Below are positions 1-12,340 of a stretch of DNA of 64,000 nt, one piece after another. Position numbers and translations under genes: made by a program. A model generated the notes under the pieces. It was given only the letters and a program-made list of their open reading frames with translations, was not told the origin of the DNA and ran no database searches. The stretch is from Negaprion brevirostris (Eukaryota). The stretch covers positions 28,052,967-28,116,966 of the forward strand of contig JARDVH010000160.1 in the NCBI GenBank assembly GCA_030324005.1, read 5' to 3'. Each line of letters starts with the position of its first letter. Position 1 is the stretch's first letter.

Positions 1-437
1 TTTTCCTGGATGGCTATATTGCTGTTTTTGATGTATTTTAGAAATTTCCCATTTTTCCTAATTGGATATTTTAGCTGATGCTATTCACTTCCTTAAATAA
101 ATGCAGCTAATTTGGTTGAAAAGCTGCTTTTCGGAGTTGATGATGCAAATTGTACATTGTCGAAGAAACTGGTTTTATGGAATGGATTATCGTCCAAACT
201 CCAAAGGCAACCTCAGCCATTTGGCTTTAAAAGTGAAAGAAGATGCATTGTGTTAGCATTTCATTTGAGTGTGCTTTCTGCTTCAAATGACAGTGTGGTT
301 TTATTGATGAGTCAACAATTAGCTTCAAGAAATCCTTTTGTTTTTAAATTACTCTGAACTGCTATCACTTAATTTAGATTTCCCTGCACCACACACCATT
401 CTTTCGCTTAAAGCATATGCAGTTGACCTGCAATTAT

Positions 438-1178
438 GGGTGGAATTCTCCCAAGCCCTTGCTGGCATAATTGATGGCAGGAATTGTGGGAGAATATAGT
501 AGGAGAGCCAGAAATAGGTTTCATATCAGTGTGGATTTACAGTAGGATCTTTTGTTAAAAGAATGCAGGTGAAGGCCCAGTCCCCCAGATTCTTCGTGAT
601 GCCAGTGGAAAAACACACCAACATGAAACGCATTTGGAAGAACTTGACGTGCAGATGTCAGGTCTTATTTGAACAATGCTTGGATCCGCCTCTGGAGTTC
701 AGGAAAAAAGCTCCTGGTCCCTGGAGCACCACAGCAGTGGATTGGGGGACCATCCATAGGTGGATCTTCTAGATCAAGTGTTCTGCAGTGGTCCATCTTC
801 CAACCTCAATGTTTCTGGAGATCTATCTTCATTTTCAGATGGCCCACTTTCTTTCTTCAGTGGTGGGTCAGTGATGTTGGGCANNNNNNNNNNCCCACCA
901 CTGAAAATGATGTGAAGCATCCAGATGCATAATTGTTGAGGTCAGGGCTGGAAAATTTGATATGTTTCTGCTGGCCGTAGCAGGAAATACCATAAGGCCA
1001 TAATATATTTCAAGAATATAATATATATAATAATATATAAGAATTAGGCCATTCGACCCATTGAGTCTGCTCCACCATTCGATCATGGCTAATGGAGTTT
1101 CTCAACTCCGTTCACCGGCCTTTTCCATGTTTTACCCCTTGCCACAGTAGATAGTCTCAAAATGGGAGAATACCACTC
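438..1178. mobile_element. Putative Harbinger-type non-autonomous element (MITE) containing a CR1 3'-end fragment (minus strand, ~1035-1125)
   Basis: Imperfect TIRs GGGTGGAATTCTCCC ... GGGAGAATACCACTC. The first ~120 nt recur, diverged, at ~16727. Confidence 0.55.
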
Positions 1179-2144
1179 TAAACCTCCGTCACCACTGAAG
1201 CTTAATTCTTTGACCTGGGAAAATTACTTCCAGCTCTTCCTCTGCACGGCTCTATTTGTTTGACTTGGAATGGCATTTATGGTGGCTGTGGAGAATGTTT
1301 GGCCAAAAGCATTATTCCATCTGCAAAGATATAAGGGGGCATTCCTTGTGTTCACAGTAGTCTCCCATTTTAGACGAAAAGAGCAATTTTGGGATATTTA
1401 TTAAAAATGTAAATGTTCTTATTTCTACAGTTACTCCCAGCAAGACTGGTTAAGTAATATTAATGGTAAGAATCTCTATGTACTAAGAAGTTCCTTTGGA
1501 ATTGGTGCAAGCAATGGCTTTGAACTTGAATGTGAACCAATTTGGAATCTTTATTTCCAGAAGTTTTTGCTCAAATCAATAGTGGTTGCCTCCCTTAGTG
1601 ATGACTGCTGCCTCCTAACACCCACATTGCCAACTGTAGAAATATTGGTACCTAAGTTAATGTCTCCCTTTGAGCAAATCTTGCCAAAAATTTAAGTCTG
1701 CCAAAAAAAACTTTGAGATTCCCTGCTGCTTTTAACTTGTTTATAATGTGCATTAAGCTTTCCTGTAAGCAGTTATTTTGATACATTCCACACTTGTTTT
1801 CACAACTTATTTAGAAAATGACAATTTAAATGTGACAAAAGAAGCTACAATGAGCTACCTAAAATAAACATATTAAATTCAGTGGTGCAACAACTTTCCT
1901 ATATAATGGAGATATATTACAGATTTGTCTTTATCTACGTGAATGGCAGAGTAAGCTCAATGGAGGATGGGGGCAGCGGACAGGTAGTATGAGAGCCTGA
2001 ATGGCCACCTGCTATTGTAGTGTTCCTATCTATAAGAAATACGATTTTGATCATTTATTTATTTATAAGTTTGATTCCATGATGAATGCTGTCTGTACGA
2101 TACATTTTCTGCTGCAGTATTTCAGTTGTTATGCTCTCAGCTCA

Positions 2145-2843
2145 TGTTACTATCAGAATGTCAGGTCCCAGAATAGAATCCTGGCTCAAAAGACTGTAAC
2201 TTTTATTTTTCTTTAAACATGTGGATGAAGACTGCCAGTTAACATTTAACAAAATAAGAAAATATTAAACCTGAAAAGACTAACTATAATATTTCTTCAC
2301 CCCAACAATATCTTCACAGATGGTCACAGACTTTTAAAAATAACATAAGTTACAAAATATATCTTATAATGCTCTTGGTAAGAATACAGGCCAAGTAAAC
2401 CAGCACACACTCTACACTTTGAAATCAAGTGATAGATGCCACCCAATGCAAGCTCTGTGGTTTTTCATTAAACCCTCGTAGATACTTATCACATTGTGAG
2501 CCACTGGTCTCACTGGAATTCTGACTTCCACATGAGTATTTCCAAATTCCACTCTTGAAAAACACGCTATATAATCTTCTCCCAAGCAATGCTTTCTCTT
2601 GAATGCATTCACCAATGATCCGCTTCCAGGATTTCAATCTCTCCTTTCAGTATTCCTCTGTTTTGTATCGCATTCAAGCGTTCACTTAGTCTTTCAGGTA
2701 CTCAGCAATGCCAACAGAATACTATTGCTTCATAGACTGTATTAAGGTCACTAAACTTCTGATTTACCTCAGATGTTTGGCTTCTTATGTAGCTGACTTT
2801 GAATCTGGTTCTTGAGCTGTCTCTTTAACTCAGAGTACTACTT
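2145..2843. mobile_element. LTR-like repeat (probable solo LTR), truncated by N gap
   Basis: Starts TGTTAC. Its layout (tccca..gaa..cctg.ct, then a T-run) resembles the copies at 8686 and 10217. No coding motifs. Confidence 0.35.
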
Positions 2844-2943
2844 NNNNNNNNNNNNNNNNNNNNNNNNNNNNNNNNNNNNNNNNNNNNNNNNNNNNNNNNN
2901 NNNNNNNNNNNNNNNNNNNNNNNNNNNNNNNNNNNNNNNNNNN

Positions 2944-3018
2944 CGGTTGGACTTAAACCTGGTGTTGTCAGACTTTTTACTGTGTTTACCCCAGTCCAAC
3001 GCCAGCATATCCACATCA
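2944..3018 (+). mobile_element. Penelope-like element terminal fragment
   Basis: GTTGGACTTAAACCTGGTGTTGTCAGACTT...CCCCAGTCCAACGCCAGCATATCCACATCAT. The same motif occurs in reverse at 60509-60545 and matches the shark Penelope end as I recall it. Confidence 0.7.
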
Positions 3019-3020
3019 TT

Positions 3021-3210
3021 AGGTTGATTGGCCATGCTAAAAATTGCCCCGTAGTGTCCTGAGTTGCGTAGGTTAGAGGGAGTAGCGGGTAAAATATGTA
3101 GGGATATGGGGGTAGGGCCTGGGTGGGATTGTGGTTGGTACAGACTCAATGGGCTGAATGCCCTCTTTCTAAACTGTAGGTTTCTATGGTGATTCTGTGA
3201 TGATCTATGA
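3021..3210 (+). mobile_element. HE1/V-SINE 3' half with CR1(HER1)-type tail
   Basis: ATTGGCCATGCTAAA..TTGCCC body; tail GGGCTGAATG...CTGTAGG.TTCTATG. Confidence 0.8.
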
Positions 3211-6200
3211 AAATCGCCCCTTATGATTCTAATGCCCACAAATACAAATACAGATTGCTTAAAACTGTCTTAGCTTCCTGACAAGTGGTGATGCCCACTT
3301 GCATTGTTACAAAGTGGGGAAATAGAAGAGCTGTGTTCGAACAATGACTTTCCAGCTTCTGACTCAGATCTTTCTTCTGCAGTTCGGAAGCAATGGTGAA
3401 GCAATCAGCTGCCAAATATTTTTTTATTAATAGGCTTCACACCAATGGTAGTAAAGGGAGGCAGTCATCCCTTGAAGGTGTTCTCACTTCCTTCAATTCG
3501 GGACTGCACTAGCATTGTTTTACCATCTGTTGGAGCTAGCTTTTGGCTCAGCATCAATGTGAAAGGTGCAGTATGGAGACACCATATGGTTGAAGAATAA
3601 ATGTTTGAGCATTGCCATTCTTTTGTTATCTATTTCTGTAATATTAGACTTGATGTCTGTGGCTGTTCACAAGCTTAAATTGCAACAAATCCAGGTCAGC
3701 AAATGGAACACAATATTTTCATATTTACTGTGGTTTTTACTGAAGCGTTGGTCCATTAATGTTAAACTATAAGGTGAAATATTTCTGATGTTGAAACCCA
3801 TTCTCTAAACAAAGTGGGATTAGTGCTGAAAATAACAGATGACCGGTTCAGTCTTGAATTATGCCACGTGGTTTTTAAGTTAAATTTGGCTAACGTTAAA
3901 TTAATCCTTACCACGGCTCCATGAAAGTTCCTGACAAACTTATTTTTCCTCTCCTTTCACTATGGTTCTGATGTTCATGTTTAAGCACCACAGGCTTGGC
4001 TTTAAATTTCTGCGTTTACATTTTTGCTGATTGACTGTCAAGTTATTCAATGATCAATGTTAGCATATACATATTTTTTAGAAATCTCTACAGTGCGTGT
4101 GTAATTTTCTTTCTTCTAGACTGGTACAGAAATCCCCTTCGAATCCTTCACCATATTTTATGGATTATGGTTGCACTGTATTTATGCTGAGTGGCACGAG
4201 TGATGTGATGAGTGCAAAACATGTTTTGGCACTAACAGGAACTAGTCCAGCTGAGTTCATATTCCAAGTACATTTGCTCTCACATCAGTGGTTATAAACA
4301 TTTGCTTTGCACCCGTAGTCTCAGGTTTCAAATACAGTCGCACATGGAATTAATTCATCCGATTTCTTAGTTGGCTGCTTTCTTGGGTGGACTTCTTGAT
4401 TTTTGATATCCTATTGAAATAAACCAAGTGCGGTTAGCGCAAGTGCTTTGTGAATATATTAGGGGTAAACTAACATCCCTTTTTAGGTAGATTGAAACCA
4501 GCCAGCCCACCAATTAAAAAGAGGGAAGTTAAGTGAGTTGCTACGAGGTCTATGCTAATACTCTGGGATTTGCAACCCTCCATCTCTCCTTCACTCTTCT
4601 CTTTTGCTTTCTCAATACCTCCCCTCACACAGCCTTGAGGAAGTGCCTGGCTTCTACTGTTCTGTTAAACAGACCTTCATTCTTACAAACACTTTTGGCT
4701 TAACGTCTAGCCAAATGTTCTAAATTCTGAGACATGTTATACTTGCCCTTGCCAGATCTGTTAAAGCATATTGTTGATTCATAATATTTCACATCCATCA
4801 GAATCCTTCAAACTCAGTTTTTACTAATTTTCACTGGAAAATTGCTCGGTTTTACTTGGGCAGTGAATCTGTTAAAAAAAGATTTCCTCATAGATTTGTG
4901 GGGGGGTGGCGGGGGAACCTCCTGTTTCCCCTTTTTTTGCAAAAGTCAGGTCTGGAAATATGCATGATTTACATTTGCAATGCCAGCACATGTGTTGAAG
5001 AGCTTAGATAATGATGACAGCAATGCCAGTAACAAAATACAAAGATTCAGTACAATGGTCACAGTTTATCATTCATCAAACAGACTGGATAATTTAATTT
5101 TGGTATTAGCTATTCATATTTTCCATCAGACTTTAAATTATTTTCTTCTTGATATTATGATAGTAATCTGCTGAGTTAACATACATTTCAGCAATCAACA
5201 TATTGTAGCACTGTCCATTCACAACTATATTTAGTGCTAATGAAACTTGACAGTATTTTGCGGCAGTCACTTTCGCAACTGCCAGTAAGCCACATAAAAC
5301 AGTGTCTTGAACTATGCAAATAATTGAACATTTTGCTTAATTGCGACTTTGTGAAGCCCTTGTATGTTTACTTCAGATTTAGTGATGTTGAAAATTACAA
5401 CCGAATTTTACAAATTTACTGTTCTTTTGGGCTCTAATTTTCTCGGTTTTTTGATGCTAAAATTAAAAAAGTGAAACACAGAAAATTCCAGGGTTTTAAC
5501 TTGAAAGACACCTATTTTAAGGTCTTGCTTGCAAATACACAGATACTGAGATGCACTGGGAAGGAATTGGTTTGACGTCATGAATTCTCACTCACTATCG
5601 CACAAATGTTCAGTCATTTGGAGCAGCAAGAGCTGGAATTGGCAGTAGTGCTGAGGTGCAAACTTCTAGGGGGTGTACCACAGGGGAGTGCGCATCTGAA
5701 ATGGGAGGGAAGGGCATTAAAATGTGAATCAGGAGGCGAAGAATGCCAGCGTGGAACGAAGAGTTGGGAAGAAAGCTGTCAAAGCATCAAAAAGATGTGA
5801 GAAGCAAATTTTGAATTTAGCTGGACTATGCATTGATAGGGTTAGGCATTTAAAGGGTCCATTGGGCTGAATGGTCATATCTCATCTTTGATACTTGCCA
5901 AACTGTAAAGGTATAGATGCTGCCATTTACTGATTATCTTTGGGAAGAGATCGGTAGTACAATCTTGCAATCCTGCAGTATTTCAAAAAGTGTAGTTATG
6001 TTATTTGCATTCTATTTAAATTATTGTTATGCAGACAATATAGGATGGCTTTTCTTCATCTCACAGTACTGTGTAGTAATGTAACTTTCCTAAGAAGAGT
6101 ATAGTAATAACTGAATTGTATTAGGTGGTTCCTAACTTTCTTGGACAATAGTAAGGAAAAATTTGATTCTGTGCTCCTACAATTAAAATGTTTTCTTTTA

Positions 6201-7261
6201 AATGTAGCTACAAATCTTCAAATGAGCCTCGTATTGTACAAGTAGCTTTCTGTTTTATGATATTGGAGTACCACAATGCTCTAAAGATGCAGTCACCTAC
6301 TAATCATTATTCTGTTCCTGCAGATCTTGAACATATTTCTTAAGTGTGAAACCGTATCATATAATAAATGGAATCAACAATGGGATGAGGCTTGCATTAG
6401 GCAATACTCATGGACATGCCTCGATGTTTACAGTTTGCATCATAAACAGTTTGTGAGTGCATGTTAAATGTTTTTGGAAGCTTCATTTAATTCCATAGTG
6501 GCCATGCACCCAGCATGAGATTGCCTCTAATTTGGCAATAATTGGGCATGTTAAAAACCACGCTGATCATGCTCATGGGAAATATAAACACACATGCAGT
6601 AAAGAATGCTGCCAAATGAAGGGAACTCCAAGTAGTGTGCATGGTTGGGATACTAAACAGAGAGCTGAAAAATGTGTCTAACATGCACAATCTACTAATA
6701 CTACCAAAATTGAGAATAACTTTGAAGAAAATGTTATCTTCATCAGGAATAGCTTCCCATATCTTGGTGGATGCTGGCTATTCCTCAGCCTTTCAAGCTC
6801 TGAGGTCAGTGGAAATTAAAATCAAGAGAAATGTAGAAAGGGCTGGTGATTTATGGCCATACATTTTATAGCATGTGACAAAATTAAAATAGGAGTGTGA
6901 AAGTTAAGCAAGGAAACAATTAGGCAGCGATATCTTCCAGAATGAAATAACATGCCAACCCTAAAGTGGAAGTGTGGGGAACACAATCTATGTATATGAC
7001 ATTGAAATAGCTAAGGACCAGTTAAAAAAAAACTAATATCTTGGTAGACTTTACTCAACAAGTCCAAGCAATGCAGCAAGGCAATCAAAACCAATAAGAT
7101 GTTGAACTGTATTGACAAAACAGTGGCATACAATTCAGATGAAGTCATGACTAAATTGCAACACTAGGTTCAAACCATACCTTGAGTACCTTGTCTGATT
7201 TCGATCATCAGGAGTAAAAGGAAACAATCAAGCATTGAATGCATTGACAAAAAGGGCCCAA

Positions 7262-7445
7262 AACGTGCAAGTTAGGTGGATTGACCATGCTAAGTTGTCC
7301 CTTTGTGTCCAAAGATGTGTAAGTGGGAAATGCACAGGATTGCATGGATAGGGCAGAGGGGAGAGCCTCGGAAAGATGCTTTTACAGAGAGTCTTTGCAG
7401 ACTTGATGGTTTCTTTCTGCACTCTAGGGATTCTGTGGTTCTTCT
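7262..7445 (+). mobile_element. HE1/V-SINE 3' half, directly after an old CR1 fragment (~7060-7260)
   Basis: GTTAGGTGGATTGACCATGCTAAGTTGTCCC...TTCTGCACTCTAGGGATTCTG. Confidence 0.75.
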
Positions 7446-8685
7446 ACGTTTCTATCATTTACACAAAAACAGTACAAAGATTTGCAGTAATAGAATATGA
7501 AGATGGAATATTTTCTATTGATTTTAAAACACTAAAATTGGCTGCAATTTCTGTAATATGCAGTTTGATATTTTCATGTATGTTTCAAATTGAAGTTGAA
7601 TAAGTAGCCTACATAGGGTTAATAATTGTGACTGTGGATTGGTTCCACAAAATGGTATGCTTGACTGAATATAATCAAGGAGTATTTATTTCAGGAATTT
7701 TACATGATGCAAAACAAGGCTGTTCTTGGTTAGGTTTATAAAAGTGATATTGTGTAATTTGGGCAAAGTGTCCATTCAGCATGCACTTGTGGGATTAAGT
7801 GAAAATTACAACCTCTCAATTGTTACTCTAAAATTTGTAATCCCTCTACGTTCGTGTATTTTTTTAACAGCTCTGCCTTGTCACATTCACCAATGAACAC
7901 TAATTTGTTTATACCAATGACAAAAATTTGCTCAATTATGAGCTTAGCTTGAAGGTGTCATGTTCTACTCAGACTGATTTCTCTTGAAGAAAAGCTTGTT
8001 CAGGTCTGCCCGGTCCACTTCAAATCTTGGTTAAACATGAAGTAGTTAATTCCATTGCTTTAAATTATTACTAAGTGTGCGTTGAACTGATCACATGAAA
8101 GGAATTTCCGCTCATGACCCTCCGGGCTCTTTGTGTACATGTCTACACTGGGAGCCATCAGTATGTCTGGCCATGTGCCTGGAGACCATTTTTACTTGAA
8201 AGTAATTTGTTACCTCAATAAAATGTCTGCAGGCTTTAGGTTCTTTTAGAAAATGGACTGAAAAGAAATAACATAGATGTCAACAAACAATGATATATTA
8301 CTTACATAATGGAAAAGGAAACTTTATGTTGAAGTTAACGTATGGTTTCTTGCCATGAGATTTGTGTTATTTTGTCATGTTAAATGTCGAAATGTTAGAT
8401 TTCATATGCAAATGTCATGTTCCAAAAAAAATTAAAGCCTCCCAGATTTTATTAGGCTTTTGTTTAGTTGAAAACAATGGTCTGGATATTAAATTGGGGA
8501 CGGGAAGGATGAAAGTGGGGATGGTTGATGTTACGTTCCTTGGTGGTGTGGTTAGAGTTTTGGTTGGAAGATACGGGTCTGAATTTTCCTGTGGAGGTAA
8601 GATTTTTCAGCATATGCCTTTTGGCTCTGCAAAGTTCTCTGCTGGAAGTCAGCCTGATTGACAGACTTGGTTTCTGGTTGGGTAG

Positions 8686-8899
8686 ATATTATTTGCTAAG
8701 CAAACCAGATTCTAGAGAGAAACTTGTCTTTTTTTTGTATTTTGAAAATGAGGAGGAAAACGACTGATCCCTGAAGCATATTTCCTTTAGGATTATAAAA
8801 ATTAAAGTATTTATTAATGAGGGAAAAAATGTAAGCGCATAATATTAAAGTTCCACAGTTCCAACTGTGTCTGACAAAATACCCTCCCAAAAAACCCAC
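8686..8899. mobile_element. LTR-like repeat, partial copy cut by N gap
   Basis: Colinear with 10217-10452: TTATTTGCT.AGCAA.CCAGAT...AAAAATTAAA.TATTT...ACAAAATA..CTCCC.AAAA.CCCAC. Confidence 0.6.
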
Positions 8900-9141
8900 N
8901 NNNNNNNNNNNNNNNNNNNNNNNNNNNNNNNNNNNNNNNNNNNNNNNNNNNNNNNNNNNNNNNNNNNNNNNNNNNNNNNNNNNNNNNNNNNNNNNNNNNA
9001 GGCAGCCACTGGCCCATGGAGTCTGCAACAACTCTTGAAAAAAGCATCTTACCTGCCCACCGCCCTTGTTCTTCCAGGTGGTAGAGGTTGTGTGTGTGGA
9101 AAGTGCTGTCGAAAGAGCCTTCGTGGGTTGCTGCAATACAA

Positions 9142-9497
9142 GGGGAGGTGATGGCCTAGTGGTATTATCACTAGACTATCCAGCAACTCAGCTAATGTTC
9201 TGAGTACCTGTGTTCGAATCCCACCAAGGCAGATGATGGAATTTGAATTCAATATTTTTTAAAACTCTGGAATTAGGAATTGGTGACCACGAAACCATTG
9301 TCGATGGTCGGAAAAACCCATCAGGTTCACGGATGTCCTTTAGGGAAGGAAATCTGCCATTCTTACACGGTCTGGCCTACATGCGACTCCAGACCCACAG
9401 CAATGTGGCTAACTCTTAACCGTCCCTCGGGCAACTAGGGATGGGCACTAAATGCTGACCATCCAGTAATGCCCATGTCCCACAACTGAATAAAAAT
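9142..9497 (+). mobile_element. tRNA-derived SINE with CR1-group LINE tail
   Basis: A-box-like TGGCCTAGTGG and B-box-like GTTCGAATCCC. The 3' tail GGGATGGGCACTAAATGCTGACCATCCAGTAATGCCC...GAATAAAAA is shared with the LINE end at 38290-38360. Confidence 0.8.
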
Positions 9498-10216
9498 TTC
9501 ACAAACGACGCAGTGCGTTTCGCGACCAATGGATTAGAAATACAGCCACTGTTACATTGAGGACAGAACGTGAAGCATCTTGGTGCGTGGGAATTGTGAG
9601 GCTTGTTGCTGGTATGAATTGAAATGGGGAATTGCGGCCAGAAAATGACATCTCTTAAGAATAGATAAGAAGAGTGCTGATTGAGTGCTCTTTAAATTGG
9701 AACTGTGAACATGTTGTTAATGGCCACACCATCACACAGTCACCTGCAATGCTGAAGATGGAACTGTCTGCTACTGGAGCTGTTTGGAGCAGGGTAATGG
9801 TTCCAGTTTAGTGCATTCCCCATTAGAAAAGGGGGAGAGTGCTTTCTGCTCACTGGCTCCCATCCTGACAGCATGTTTTTATGAAGACTTTAAGGAGCTG
9901 GAACTTATGCAAGAGAACAGCTCTCTCCAGCTCTGCCAAGAGAATAGATGGAAGCAATATAAATACACGGTTCCAGCACCACAAATGAAGGCAGGCAACA
10001 CAATGCCTTTTAGGAGAATGGGTAAAGGAGCACATCTGGGAATTGTTTTGCTTTCGCCTCTCTGGATTTGGAGAGCCTCATCTCATTGGCATCAGGATCA
10101 GAACTAATTCCCCATTGAACAATGGGAATCAAAATTCAGCTCAAATGTCCTCCTTATAGCATATATTACCTCGGGCCAGGTCATATAACAGATAATACTG
10201 CTACAACCACAGCAGA

Positions 10217-11222
10217 TGTTATTTGCTGAGCAAGCCAGATCCCAGAAGGAAACCTGTCTTGCTGATCATAACCTTTTTTTTGTATCTTTGATAAAGGGGA
10301 GAACCTACCGACCCCAGAAGCATAGAACTCCAGTAACACTTCTGGGTTTTAAAAATTAAAATATTTCTTATAAGAAGAAAAACAACAAAGTGCATTAGAT
10401 TGAGGTTGTACAGTTAAAACTGTCTTACAAAATATCTCCCCAAAAACCCCACATAGTCAGAACACATAAGTAAACGACTTTCTTAGCAACAACTTCCTGA
10501 TTGATTTTTAACTAGAAAAATCCAGTTGAATTACCCAAGGCAAAAACTGCTGTCACTTTAATAGTGGTATACCACACAACTCCTCTAACAATTCCACTTG
10601 GCTGTGGAAGTCCAAGAAAGTTCTGAGACAGTCTGCTGTCTGAAAACCCAGACTTCTCTCGCTTGACTGGGTGGCGGTCACAACTTCTACACTTTCCCCG
10701 AGCTGTTGTCAGGACATAGCCATCACACCACAGTCACCCCTACTCAGCTCAACATCTTCCCATAAATGTCCTTTTCCCCTTTTATCTCAGATTTGATTTT
10801 TCTCAAGCCCATCTTTGAACTCAACTTTTCCAAAATATAATTTTTAAAAATGTTTTCCCCTTGCTTCCACTCCTGAGTCAATAAAATTTAATAACCTTCC
10901 CTGTTTACTTATGAAACCTTTGTAAATTGTAAAAGTCCCTTGTAACTTCTAACCCCCCTTTGAACTTTAACAGCTGAAAAGCAAAGTCCGTACCTATCCC
11001 TTCATGCAAATTTTAAAACCAACCAATTTACTTGGAAACCCAGCCTCACCATTGCCTCTCATACATGCAGTAAGTACCTTACCAGTTTATCTCTCTGCTC
11101 TCATAGACAAGCTGTCGTTATTAACTTTCTCCCAGTTTAATTAATTGTGTGCATGCATATAGACACACAGATTTACAGAATACCACCATATTCTTAAGAA
11201 TATTAAAAACAATAGCATCACA
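10217..11222. mobile_element. Probable solo LTR (~1 kb)
   Basis: TGTTA...ATCACA (TG...CA) ends, non-coding, homologous to 8686-8899. No clean TSD. Confidence 0.55.
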
Positions 11223-12010
11223 ACAGTGAGTACTCAGGAGCAGGCTAGAGGACAAAGTGGGCCTGATCTCTGATCCCACAAACCAATCCTGTGGGAGGTG
11301 GATCTCCGACCTTGTGCATACGTATGTGTGGTGGGTGTGTGTGTACGTGTGGTGGAAAGTGGACAGACCAGGAGGAAACACTTCTGCTCTTCTTGGATGA
11401 CAAGTAGAGGTATGAAGGCCATTAAAAAGAATTCTGCTACCCTATGCTTCTGCTATTAATCCAGTTTCTCCCAAGGTAGTCATTGCCTTATTTCAACGAC
11501 CAGGTTTCGTGAGGGCTGAGATCTCTGCTGGCCACTGTAAAACCTGCAAAACAAGTTAAATCAAAGGCTACCAGCCTTCTTAAAACAAGTAGTTTTCATT
11601 CCCACCTGGCTGCTCTCCCTTTGTCTCAGTTCCTCAAAAACCCGGAAGTGAGCAGTTTGGAGTCTTGAATTCAGATTTAAAAAAAAACATTGAACCTGAA
11701 CCTGTTCTTGTGTGTTAAACTTCAGACCTATGAGTTGGGGAGGAAAGCAGTGTACATCTGTAAGAAAGAATTACATTAACAACAGAGTAATTAACTGAAA
11801 TTGGCAGAAGTTATCAGGAAATTAAAATAAAATTGTACTATAAAAGAAAATTTCAATTTCTTGAGATATTTTACATTTTAATTAACAAAGCTATAAAAAT
11901 CTGATGCACAGCCAATTGTAGATAGAAGATTATCCATTTGAATTTTAAGAATATTTGTCATTTAACTCACCCACTCAGATTAAGTGAGGTTCTGACCAAA
12001 GCAGTGTCAT

Positions 12011-12340
12011 TCATAGATTCATTGGTATCCTAAAATGCAGAAGGAGGCCATTTGGCCCATCAGATCTGCACCAACAACAATCCCACCTAGACCCTATCTC
12101 TGAAACACCACATATTTCCCCTGCTAATCCCTGTAACATCCCATAAGGGTCAATTTAGCATGGCCAATTAGCCTACCCCGCACGTCTTTGGAATGTGGGA
12201 GGAAACCAGAGCACCAGGAAGAAACACAGGCAGACACTGGGAGAATGTGCAAACTCTACACAGTGACCCAAGCTGGGAATTGAACCCAGATCCCTGGAGT
12301 TGTGAGGCAGCAGTGCTAACCACTGTGCCACCATGCTGTC
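12011..12340 (-). mobile_element. HE1/V-SINE, full length, CR1-type tail
   Basis: Reverse complement of the GGTGGCACAGTGGTTAGCACTGCTGCCTCAC head, V-domain (GTTTCTTCCTGGTGCTCTGGTTTCCTCCCAC) and GGCCTCCTTCTGCA tail. Confidence 0.9.
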
